The translations under genes were made by a program, and so were the position numbers. Of a stretch of DNA of 64,000 bases, positions 28,601 to 43,450 are shown one piece after another. Position 1 is the first letter of the stretch. Every line of letters starts with the position of its first letter. Location: assembly GCF_009914755.1 (NCBI RefSeq), contig NC_060937.1; one strand, written 5' to 3'. The notes beneath the pieces were generated by a model that saw nothing but the letters and a program-made list of their open reading frames with translations, was not told where the DNA came from and ran no database searches. The stretch is from the human T2T-CHM13v2.0 reference genome, Homo sapiens.

Positions 28601-31600
28601 ACAAAGTAGCCAAAATATGTATTATACACTGTACATAATATATGAAAGTACCCAAACATTTATAATAAACTGTACATAAAATATCGATGTACTCAAACTA
28701 TATATTATGTGCGGTACATAAGATATCAAAGTACCCATACTATATAGTATATACTGTACTTAAAATATCAAAATACCCAAAATATATATTATATACGTTA
28801 CATAAACTATCAAATACACAAAGTATGTATTATGTACTGTACATAAAATAGAAAAGTTCCCAAAATATATGTTATATATATTATAAATATGTACATAAAA
28901 TATGAAAGTACCCAACCATTTATAATAAACTCTACATAAAACACCAAAGTACCCAAACTGTGTATTATATACTGTCCATAAAATATCAAAGTACCCAAAA
29001 TATATATTGTAAACTCTACATAAAATATCAAAGTAGCCAAAATACATATTGTATACTGTACATAAAATATAAAAGTACCCCAAATATATATTATATACTG
29101 TACATAAAATATCAAAGTACCCATAATACATATTATATACTGTACATAAAATATCAAAGGACCCAAAATAAACATTATATACTGTACATAAAATATCCAA
29201 ATACTCAAAATATATATTACATACTGTACATAAAATATCAAAGTACCCAAATTATGTATTATATACTGTACGTAAAATATCAGAGTACCCAAAATATGCA
29301 TTATATACTGTACATAAAATATGAAAGTAACAAAACATTTATAATAAACTGTACATAAAATATCAAAGTACTCAAACTATATATCATATACTGTACATAA
29401 AATATCAAAGTACCCAAACTGTGTATTATTATATACTGTATATAAAATATCAAAGTACCTGAAATATATATTGTATACTGTACATAAAATATCAAAGTAC
29501 CCAAAATATATACTATATACTGTACATAAAATATGAAGGTACATCAAATATATATTATATCCTGTACATAAAATATCAAAGTACACCTATTATATATTGT
29601 TTACTGTACATAATATATTAAATCGCCCAAATATATATTGTATACTGTATATAAAATATGAAGGTACTTCAAATATATATTATATGCTGCACATAAAATA
29701 TCAAAGTACCCAAGGTATGCATTACATACTGTACATAAAATATCAAAGTACACAAATTATATATTATATACTGTACATAAAATATGTAGGTTCATCAAAT
29801 ATATTTTATATTCTGTACATAATATATCAAAGTACATCAAATATATATTATATACGGTACATAAAATATCAAATTACCCAAAATATGTACTATTTACTGT
29901 ACATAAAATATGAAAGTAACCAAACATTTATAATAAACTGTACATAAATTATCAAAGTACTCAATCTACATATTATATACAGTATATAAAATATCAAAGT
30001 ACACAAACTGTATATTATATACTGTACATAATATGTCAAAGTACCCAGAATATATAGCATACTGTACATACAATATCAAAGTACCCAGAATGTATATTGT
30101 ATACTGTACATAAAATATGAAGGTACATCAAAGATATATTATATTCTGTACATAAAATATCAAAGTACACCAAATATATATTATATGCTGTACATAATAT
30201 ATTAAAGTTGCCCATGTATACATTTTATACTGTACATAAAATATGAAGGTACATCAAATATATACTATATGCTGCACATAAAATATCAAAGTATCCAAAG
30301 TATGTATTATATACTGTACATAAAATATCAAAGTACCAAAAGTATATATTACCTACTGTAAATAAAATATGAAGATACCTCAAATATATATTATATTCTG
30401 TACATGAAATATCAAAGTACACCAAGTATATACTATATACTCTACATAAAATATTAAATTACCCAAAATATGTATTGTATTGTGTACATAAATTATGAAA
30501 GTAACCAAACATTTATAATAAACTGTACACAAAATATCAAAGTACTCAAACTGTATATTATATACTGTACATAATGTATCAAAGTACCCAAACTGTGTAG
30601 TATATACTGTACATAAAATATCAAGGTACCCAAAATATATATTGTAAACTGTAGATAAAATATCAAAATACCCAAACTATATATTATATACTGTACATAA
30701 AATATGAAGGCACATCAAATATATATTATATTCTGTACATGAAATATCAAAGTACACCAAATGTATATTATATACTGTACATAAAATATCAAAGTACCCA
30801 AAGTGTATATTATATACTGTACATAAAATATGAAGGTTCATCAAATATATTTTATATTCTGCACATAATATATCAAAGTACAGCGAATATATATTATATA
30901 CTGTACATAAAATATCAAAGTACCCAAAATATGTATTATATACTGTACATAAAATATGAAAGTAACCAAACATTTATAATAAACTGTACATAAAGTAACA
31001 AAGTACTCAAACTACATATTATATACAGTATATAAAATGTCAAAGTATCCAAACTGTATATTATATACTGTACATAATATATCAAAGTACCCGAATATAT
31101 AGCATACTGTACATAAAATATCAAAGTACCCAAAGTGTGTATTATACACTGCACATAAAATATGAAGGTACATAAAATATATATTGTATTCTGTACATAA
31201 AATATCAAAGTACTCCAAATATATATTATATGCTGTACATAATATATTAAAGTCGCCCAAATATATATTATATACTGTACATAAAATATGAAGGTACATC
31301 AAATATATATTATATGCTGCACATAAAATATCAAAGTACCCAAAGTATGTGTTATATACTGTACATAAAATATCAAAGTACCCAAAGTATATATTATATA
31401 CTGTACATAAAATATAAAATACCCCAAATATATATTATATGCTGTACATAAAATATGAAAGTACACAAAATATGTATTATATACTGTACATAAAATACCA
31501 AAGGACCCAAAATATATATTATATACTGTACATAAAATATCAAAATACCCAAAATATATATTATATACTGTACATAAAATACCAAAGTACCCAAAGTATA

Positions 31601-34600
31601 TATTATATACCGTACAAAAAATATCAAAGTAGCCAAAATATGTATTATACACTGTACATAATATATGAAAGTACCCAAACATTTATAATAAACTGTACAT
31701 AAAATATCAATGTACTCAAACTATATATTATGTGCGCTACATAAGATATCAAAGTACCCATACTATATAGTATATACTGTACTTAAAATATCAAAATCCC
31801 CAAAATATATATTATATACGTTACATAAACTATCAAATACACAAAGTATGTATTATATACTGTACATAAAATAGCAAAGTTCCCAAAATATGTATTATAT
31901 ACTGTACATAAAATATGAAAGTACCCAACCATTTATAATAAAGTCTACATAAAATACCAAAGTACCCAAACTGTGTATTATATACTGTCCATAAAATATC
32001 AAAGGACCCAAAATATATATCGTAAACTCTACATAAAATATCAAAGTAGCCAAAATACATATTGTATACTGTACATAAAATATAAAAGTACCCCAAATAT
32101 ATATTATATACTGTACATAAAATATCAAAGTACCCATAATACATATTATATACTGTACATAAAATATCAAAGGACCCAAAATAAACATTATATACTGTAC
32201 ATAAAATATCCAAATACTCAAAATATATATTACATACTGTACATAAAATATCAAAGTACCCAAATTATGTATTATATACTGTACGTAAAATATCAGAGTA
32301 CCCAAAATATGCATTATATACTGTACATAAAATATGAAAGTAACAAAACATTTATAATAAACTGTACATAAAATATCAAAGTACTCAAACTATATATCAT
32401 ATACTGTACATAAAATATCAAAGTACCCAAACTGTGTATTATTACATACTGTATATAAAATATCAAAGTACCTGAAATATATATTTTATACTGTACATAA
32501 AATATCAAAGTACCCAAAATATATACTATATACTGTACATAAAATATGAAGGTACATCAAATATATATTATATCCTGTACATAAAATATCAAAGTACTCC
32601 TATTATATATTGTGTACTGTACATAATATATTAAATCGCCCAAATATATATTGTATACTGTATATAAAATATGAAGGTACTTCAAATATATATTATATGC
32701 TGCACATAAAATATCAAAGTACCCAAAGTATGCATTACATACTGTACATAAAATATCAAAGTACACAAATTATATATTATATTCTGTACATAAAATATGT
32801 AGGTTCATCAAATATATTTTATATTCTGTACATAATATATCAAAGTACATCAAATATATATTATATACGGTACATAAAATATCAAAGTACCCAAAATATG
32901 TACTATTTACTGTACATAAAATATGAAAGTAACCAAACTTTTATAATAAACTGTACATAAAATATCAAAGTACTCAATCTACATATTATATACAGTATAT
33001 AAAATATCAAAGTACACAAACTGTATATTATATACTGTACATAATATATCAAAGTACCCAGAATATGTAGCATACTGTACATACAATATCAAAGTACCCA
33101 GAATGTATATTGTATACTGTACATAAAATATGAAGGTACATCAAAGATATATTATATTCTGTACATAAAATATCAAACTACACCAAATATATATTATATG
33201 CTGTACATAATATATTAAAGTTGCCCATGTATACATTTTATACTGTACATAAAATATGAAGGTACATCAAATATATAGTATATGCTGCACATAAAATATC
33301 AAAGTACCCAAAGTATGTATTATATACTGTACATAAAATATCAAAGTACCAAAAGTATATATTACCTACTGTAAATAAAATATGAAGATACCTCAAATAT
33401 ATATTATATTCTGTACATGAAATATCAAAGTACACCAAGTATATACTATATACTCTACATAAAATATTAAATTACCCAAAATATGTATTGTATTGTGTAC
33501 ATAAAATATGAAAGTAACCAAACATTTATAATAAACTGTACATAAAATATCAAAGTACTCAAACTTTATATTATATACTGTACATAAAGTATCAAAGTAC
33601 CCAAACTGTGTAGTATATACTGTACATAAAATATCAAGGTACCCAAAATGTATATTGTAAACTGTAGATAAAATATCAAAGTACCCAAAATATATATTAT
33701 ATACTGTACATAAAATATGAAGGCACATCCAATATATATTATATTCTGTACATAAAATATCAAAGTACACCAAATGTATATTATATACTGTACATAAAAT
33801 ATAAAACTTCCCCAAATATATCTTATATACTCTACATAAAATATCAAAGTACCCAAAATATATATTATATACTGTACATAATATATCAAAGTACCCATAG
33901 TATGTATTATATCCTGTACATAAAATATGAAAGTACGTCAAATATATATTCTATTCTGCACATAAAATATCATATTGCACCAAATATATATTGTATACTG
34001 TATATAAAATATGAAGGTACTTCAAATATATATTATATGTTGCACATAAAATATCAAAGTACCCAAAGTATGCATTATATACTGTACATAAAATATCAAA
34101 GTACCCAAAGTGTATATTATATACTGTACATAAAATATGAAGGTTCATCAAATATATTTTATATTCTGCACATAATATATCAAAGTACAGCAAATATATA
34201 TTATATACTGTACATAAAATAACAAAGTACCAAAAATATGTATTATATACTGTACATAAAATATGAAAGTAACCAAATATTTATAATAAACTGTATATAA
34301 AATATCAAAGTACTCAAACTACATATTATATACAGTATATAAAATATCAAAGTACCCAAACTGTATATTATATACTGTACATACTATATTAAAGTACCCG
34401 AATATATAGCATACTGTACATAAAATATCAAATTACCCAAAATATATATTGTATACTGTACATAAAATATGAAGGTACATCAAAGATATATTATATTCTG
34501 TACATAAAATATCAAAGTACACCAAATATATATTATATGCTGTACATAATATATTAAAGTCGACCAAATATATATTATATACTGTACATAAAATATGAAG

Positions 34601-37600
34601 ATACATCAAATATATATTATATGCTGCACATAAAATATCAAAGTACCCAAAGTATGTATTATATACTGTACATAAAATATCAAAGTACCCAAAGTATATA
34701 TTATATACTGTACATAAAATATAAAATACCCCAAATATATATTATATGCTGTACATAAAATATCAAAGTACACAAAATATGTATTATGTACTGTACATAA
34801 AATATCAAAGGATCCAATATATATATTATATAGTGTACATAAAATATCAAAATACCCAAAATATATATTATATACTGTACATAAAATACCAAAGTACCCA
34901 AAGTATATATTATATACCGTACAAAAAATATCAAAGTAGCCAAAATATGTATTATACACTGTACATAATATATGAAAGTACCCAAACATTTATAATAAAC
35001 TGTACATAAAATATCAATGTACTCAAACTATATATTATGTGCGGTACATAAGATATCAAAGTACCCATACTATATAGTATATACTGTACTTAAAATATCA
35101 AAATACCCAAAATATATATTATATACGTTATATAAACTATCAAATACACAAAGTATGTATTATATACTGTACATAAAATAGCAAAGTTCCCAAAATATGT
35201 ATTATATACTGTACATAAAATATGAAAGTACCCAACCATTTATAATAAAGTCTACATAAAATACCAAAGTACCCAAACTGTGTATTATATACTGTCCATA
35301 AAATATCAAAGGACCCAAAATATATATCGTAAACTCTACATAAAATATCAAAGTAGCCAAAATACATATTGTATACTGTACATAAAATATAAAAGTACCC
35401 CAAATATGTATTATATACTGTACATAAAATATCAAAGTACCGATAATACATATTATATACTGTACATAAAATATCAGAGGACCCAAAATAAACATTATAT
35501 ACTGTACATAAAATATCCAAATACTCACAATATATATTACATACTGTACATAAAATATCAAAGTACCCAAATTATGTATTATATATTGTACGTAAAATAT
35601 CAGAGTACCCAAAATATGCATTATATACTGTACATAAAATATGAAAGTAACAATACATTTATAATAAACTGTACATAAAATATCAAAGTACTCAAACTAT
35701 ATATCATTTACTGTACATAAAATATCAAAGTACCCAAACTGTGTATTATTATATACTGTATATAAAATATCAAAGTACCTGAAATATATATTGTATACTG
35801 TACATAAAATATCAAAGTACCCAAAATATATACTATATACTGTATATAAAATATGAAGGTACATCAAATATATATTATATCCTGTACATAAAATATCAAA
35901 GTACACCTATTATATATTGTGTACTGTACATAATATATTAAATCGCCCAAATATATATTGTATACTGTATATAAAATATGAAGGTACTTCAAATATATAT
36001 TATATGCTGCACATAAAATATCAAAGTACCCAAAGTATGCATTACATACTGTACATAAAATATCAAAGTACACATATTATATATTATATAATGTACATAA
36101 AATATGAAGGTTCATCAAATATATATTATATTCTGTACATAATATATCAAAGTACATCAAATATATATTATATACGGTACATAAAATATCAAAGTACCAA
36201 AAATATGTATTATATACTGTACATAAAACATGAAAGTAACCAAACATTTATAATAACCTGTACATTAAATATCAAAGTACTCAATGTACATATTATATAC
36301 AGTATATAAAATATCAAAGTACACAAACTGTATATTATATACTGTACATAATATATCAAAGTACCCAGAATATATAGCATACTGTACATAAAATATCAAA
36401 GTACCCAAAATATATATTGTATACTGTACATAAAATATGAAGGTTCATCAAAGATATATTATATTCTGTACATAAAATATCAAACTACACCAAATATATA
36501 TTATATGCTGTACATAATATATTAAAGTTGCCCATATATGCATTATATACTGTACATAAAATATGAACGTACATCAAATATATAGTATATGCTGCACATA
36601 AAATATCAAAGTACCCAAAGTATGTATTATACACTGTACATAAAATATCAAAGTACCAAAAGTATATATTACATACTGTAAATAAAATATGAAGGTACGT
36701 CAAATATATATTCTATTCTATACATAAAATATCAAAGTACACCAAGTATATACTATATATTCTGCATAAAATATTAAATTACCCGAAATATGTATTGTAT
36801 TGTGTACATAAAATATGAAAGTAACCAAACATTTATAATAAACTGTACATAAAATATCAAAGTACTCAAACTGTATATTATATACTGTACATAAAGTATC
36901 AAAGTACCCAAACTGTGTAGTATATACTGTACATAAAATATCAAGGTACCCAAAATATATATTGTAAACTGTAGATAAAATATCAAAGTACCCAAAATAT
37001 ATATTATATACTGTACATGAAATATGAAGGCACATCCAATATATATTATACTCTGTACATAAAATATCAAAGTACACCAAATGTATATTCTATACTGTAC
37101 ATAAAATATCAAAGTACCCAAAGTGTATATTATATACTGTACATAAAATATGAAGGTTCATCAAATATATTTTATATTCTGCACATAATATATCAAAGTA
37201 CAGCAAAATATCAAAATACCCAAAATATATATTATATACTGTACATAAAATACCAAAGTACCCAAAGTATATATTATATACTGTATAAAAAATATCAAAG
37301 TAGCCAAAATATGTATTATACACTGTGCATAATATATGAAAGTACCCAAACATTTATAATAAACTGTACATAAAATATCAATGTACTCAAACTATATATT
37401 ATGTGCGGTACATAAGATATCAAAGTACCCATACTATATAGTATATACTGTACTTAAAATATCAAAATACCCAAAATATATATTATATACGTTACATAAA
37501 CTATCAAATACACAAAGTATGTATTATATACTGCACATAAAATAGCAAAGTTCCCAAAATATGTATTATATACTGTACATAAAATATGAAAGTACCCTAC

Positions 37601-40600
37601 CATTTATAATAAAGTCTACATAAAATACCAAAGTACCCAAACTGTGTATTATATACTGTCCATAAAATATCAAAGTACCCAAAATATATATTGTAAACTC
37701 TACATAAAATATCAAAGTAGCCAAAATACATATTGTATACTGTACATAAAATATAAAAGTACCCCAAATATATATTATATACTGTACATAAAATATCAAA
37801 GTACCCATAATACATATTATACACTGTACATAAAATATCAAAGGACCCAAAATAAACATTATATACTGTACATAAACTATTCAAATACTCAAAATATATA
37901 TTACATACTGTACATAAAATATCAAAGTACCCAAATTATGTATTATATACTGTATGTAAAATATCAGAGTACCCAAAATATGCATTATATACTGTACATA
38001 AAATATGAAAGTAACAAAACATTTATAATAAACTGTACATAAAATATCAAAGTACTCAAACTATATATCATATACTGTACATAAAATATCAAAGTACCCA
38101 AACTGTGTATTATTACATACTGTATATAAAATATCAAAGTACCTGAAATATATATTGTATACTGTACATAAAATATCAAAGTACCCAAAATATATACTAT
38201 ATACTCTACATAAAATATGAAGGTACATCAAATATATATTATATCCTGTACATAAAATATCAAAGTACTCCTATTATATATTGTGTACTGCACATAATAT
38301 ATTAAATCGCCTAAATATATATTGTATACTGTATATAAAATATGAAGGTACTTCAAATATATATTATATGCTGCACATAAAATATCAAAGTACCCAAAGT
38401 ATGCATTACATACTGTACATAAAATATCAAATTACACAAATTATATATTATATTCTGTACATAAAATATGTAGGTTCTTCAAATATATTTTATATTCTGT
38501 ACATAATATATCAAAGTACATCAAATATATATTATATACGGTACATAAAATATCAAAGTACCCAAAATATGTATTAATTTCTGTGCATAAAATATGAAAG
38601 TAACCAAACATTTATAATAAACTGTACATAAAATATCAAAGTACTCAATCTACATATTATATACAGTATATAAAATATCAAAGTACACAAACTGTATATT
38701 ATATACTGTACATAATATATCAAAGTACCCAGAATATATAGCATACTGTACATACAATATCAAAGTACCCAGAATGTATATTGTATTCTGTACATAAAAT
38801 ATGAATGTACATCAAAGATATATTATATTCTGTACATAAAATATCAAAGTACACCAAATATATATTATATGCTGTACATAATATATTAAAGTTGCCCATG
38901 CATACATTTTATACTGTACATAAAATATGAAGGTACATCAAATATATAGTATATGCTGCACATAAAATATCAAAGTACCCAAAGTATGTATTATATACTG
39001 TACATAAAATATCAAAGTACCAAAAGTGTATATTACCTACTGTAAATAAAATATGAAGATACCTCAAATATATATTATATTCTGTACATGAAATATCAAA
39101 GTACACCAAGTATATACTATATACTCTACATAAAATATTAAATTACCCAAAATATGTATTGTATTGTGTACATAAAATATGAAAGTAACCAAACATTTAT
39201 AATAAACTGTACATAAAATATCAAAGTACTCAAACCTTATATTATATACTGTACATAAAGTATCAAAGTACCCAAACTGTGTAGTATATACTGTACATAA
39301 AATATCAAGGTACCCAAAATGTATATTGTAAACTGTAGATAAAATATCAAAGTACCCAAAATATATATTATATACTGTACATAAAATATGAAGGCTCATC
39401 CAATATATATTATATTCTGTGCATAAAATATCAAAGTACACCAAATGTATATTATATACTGTACATAAAATATAAAACTACCCCAAATATATCTTATATA
39501 CTCTACATAAAATATCAAAGTACCCAAAATATATATTATATACTGTACATAAAATATCAAAGTACCCATAGTATGTATTATATCCTGTACATAAAATATG
39601 AAGGTACGTCAAATATATATTCTATTCTGCACATAAACTATCATATTGCACCAAATATAGATTGTATACTGTATATAAAATATGAAGGTACTTCAAATAT
39701 ATATTATATGCTGCACATAAAATATCAAAGTACCCAAAGTATGCATTATATACTGTACATAAAATATCAAAGTACCCAAAGTGTATATTATATACTGTAC
39801 ATAAAATATGAAGGTTCATCAAATATATTTTATATTCTGCACATAATATATCAAAGTACAGCAAATATATATTATATACTGTACATAAAATATCAAAGTA
39901 CCCAAAATATGTATTATATACTGTACATAAAATATGAAAGTAACCAAACATTTATAATAAACTGTACATAAAATATCAAAGTACTCAAACTACATATTAT
40001 ATACAGTATATAAAATGTCAAAGTACCCAAACTGTATATTATATACTGTACATAATATATCAAAGTACCCAAATATATAGCATACTGTACATAAAATATC
40101 AAAGTACCCAAAATATATATTGTATACTGTACATAAAATATGAAGGTACATCAAAGATATATTATATTCTGTACATAAAATATCAAAGTACACCAAATAT
40201 ATATTATATGCTGTACAGAATATATTAAAGTCGACCAAATATATATTATATACTGTACATAAAATATGAAGGTACATCAAATATATATTATATGCTGCAC
40301 ATAAAATATCAAAGTACCCAAAGTATGTATTATATACTGTACATAAAATATCAAAGTACCCAAAGTATATATTATATACTGTACATAAAATATAAAATAC
40401 CCCAAATATATATTATATCCTGTACATAAAATATCAAAGTACCCAAAATATATATTGTAAACTGTACATAAAATATCAAAGTAGCCAAAATATATATTGT
40501 ATACTGTCCATAAAATATAAAAGTACCCCAAATATGTATTATATACTGTACATAAAATATCAAAGTACCGATAATACATATTATATACTGTACATAAAAT

Positions 40601-43450
40601 ATCAAAGGACCCAAAATAAACATGATATACTATACATAAAATATCCAAATACTCAAAATATATATTACATACTGTACATAAAATATCAAAGTACCCAAAT
40701 TATGTATTATATACTGTACGTAAAATATCAGAGTACCCAAAATATGCATTATATACTGTACATAAAATATGAAAGTAACAAAACATTTATAATAAACTGT
40801 ACATAAAATATCAAAGTACTCAAACTATATATCATATACTGTACATAAAATATCAAAGTACCCAAACTGTGTATTATTATATACTGTATATAAAATATCA
40901 AAGTACCTGAAATATATATTGTATACTGTACATAAAATATCAAAGTACCCAAAATATATACTATATACTGTACATAAAATATGAAGGTACATAAATATAT
41001 ATTATATCCTGTACATAAAATATCAAAGTACACCTATTATATATTGTGTACTGTACATAATATATTAAATCGCCCAAATATATATTGTATACTGTATATA
41101 AAATATGAAGGTACTTCAAATATATATTATATGCTGCACATAAAATATCAAAGTACCCAAGGTATGCATTACATACTGTACATAAAATATCAAAGTACAC
41201 ATATTATATATTATATAATATACATAAAATATGAAGGTTCATCAAATATATATTATATTCTGTACATAATATATCAAAGTACATCAAATATATATTATAT
41301 ACTGTACATAAAATATCAAAGTACCAAAAATATGTATTAGATACTGTACATAAAATATGAAAGTAACCAAACATTTATAATATACTGTACATAAAATATC
41401 AAAGTACTCAGTCTACATATTATATACAGTATATAAAATATCAAAGTACACACACTGTATATTATATACTGTACATAATATATCAAAGTACCCAGAATAT
41501 ATAGCATACTGTACATAAAATATCAAAGTACCCGAAATATATATGGTATACTGTACATAAAATATGAAGGTACATCAAAGATATATTATATTCTGTACAT
41601 AAAATATCAAACTACACCAAATATATATTATATGCTGTACATAATATATTAAAGTTGCCCAAATATACATTCTATACTGTACATAAAATATGAACGTACA
41701 TCAAATATATAGTATATGCTGCACATAAAATATCAAAGTACCCAAAGTATGTATTATACACTGTACATAAAATATCAAAGTACCAAAAGTATATATTACA
41801 TACTGTAAATAAAATATGAAGGTACCTCAAATATATATTATATTCTGTACATAAAATATCAAAGTACACCAAGTATATACTATATACTCTGCATAAAATA
41901 TTAAATTACCCACAATATGTATTGTATTGTGTACATAAAATATGAAAGTAACCAAACATTTATAATAAACTGTACATAAAATATCAAAGTACTCAAACTG
42001 TATATTATATACTGTACATAAAGTATCAAAGTACCCAAACTGTGTAGTATATTCTGTACATAAAATATCAAGGTACCCAAAATATATATTGTAAACTGTA
42101 GATAAAATATCAAAGTACCCAAAATATATATTATATACTGTACATAAAATATGAAGGCACATCCAATATATATTATATTCTGTACATAAAATATCAAAGT
42201 ACACCAAATGTATATTATATACTGTACATAAAATATCAAAGTACCCAAAGTGTATATTATATACTGTACATAAAATATGAAGGTTCATCAAATATATTTT
42301 ATATTCTGCACATAATATATCAAAGTACAGCAAATATATATTATATACTGTACATAAAATATCAAAGTACCCAAAATATGTATTATATACTGTACATAAA
42401 ATATGAAAGTAACCAAACATTTATAATAAACTGTACATAAAGTATCAAACTACTCAAACTACATTTTATATACAGTATATAAAACGTCAAAGTACCCAAA
42501 CTGTATATTATATACTGTACATAATATATCAAAGTACCCAAATATATAGCATACTGTACATAAAATATCAAAGTACCCAAAATATATATTATATACTGTA
42601 CATAAAATATCAAAATACCCAAAATATATATTATATACTGTACATAAATTACCAAAGTACCCAAAGTATATATTATGTACCGTACAAAAAATATCAAAGT
42701 AGCCAAAATATGTATTATACACTGTACTTAATATATGAAAGTACCCAAACATTTATAATAAACTGTAAATAAAATATCAATGTACTCAAACTATATATTA
42801 TGTGCGGTACATAAGATATCAAAGTACCCATGCCATATAGTATATACTGTACTTAAAATATCAAAATACCCAAAATATATATTATATACGTTACATAAAC
42901 TATCAAATACACAAAGTATGTATTATATACTGTACATAAAATAGCAAAGTTCCCAAAATATGTATTATATACTGTACATAAAATATGAAAGTACCCAACC
43001 ATTTATAATAAACTCTACATAAAATACCAAAGTACCCAAACTGTGTATTATATACTGTCCATAAAATATCAAAAGACCCAAAATATATATTGTAAACTCT
43101 ACATAAAATATCAAAGTAGCCAAAATACATATTGTATACTGTACATAAAATATAAAAGTACCCCAAATATATATTATATACTGTACATAAAATATCAAAG
43201 TACCCATAATACATATTATATACTGTACATAAAATATCAAGGGACCCAAAATAAACATTATATACTGTACATAAAATATCCAAATACTCAAAATATATAT
43301 TACATACTGTACATAAAATATCAAAGTACCCAAATTATGTATTATATACTGTACGTAAAATATCAGAGTACCCAAAATATGCATTATATACTGTACATAA
43401 AATATGAAGGTACATCAAATATATAGTATATGCTGCACATAAAATATCAA
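16660..43450 (+). repeat. Rearranged HOR zone with truncated and hybrid units
   Basis: GTGCGG marker spacings from 13432 to 44057 are 5062, 3023, 751, 2384, 1968, 2089, 3023, 3307, 2364, 5399 and 1255 rather than 3013. Confidence 0.85.
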
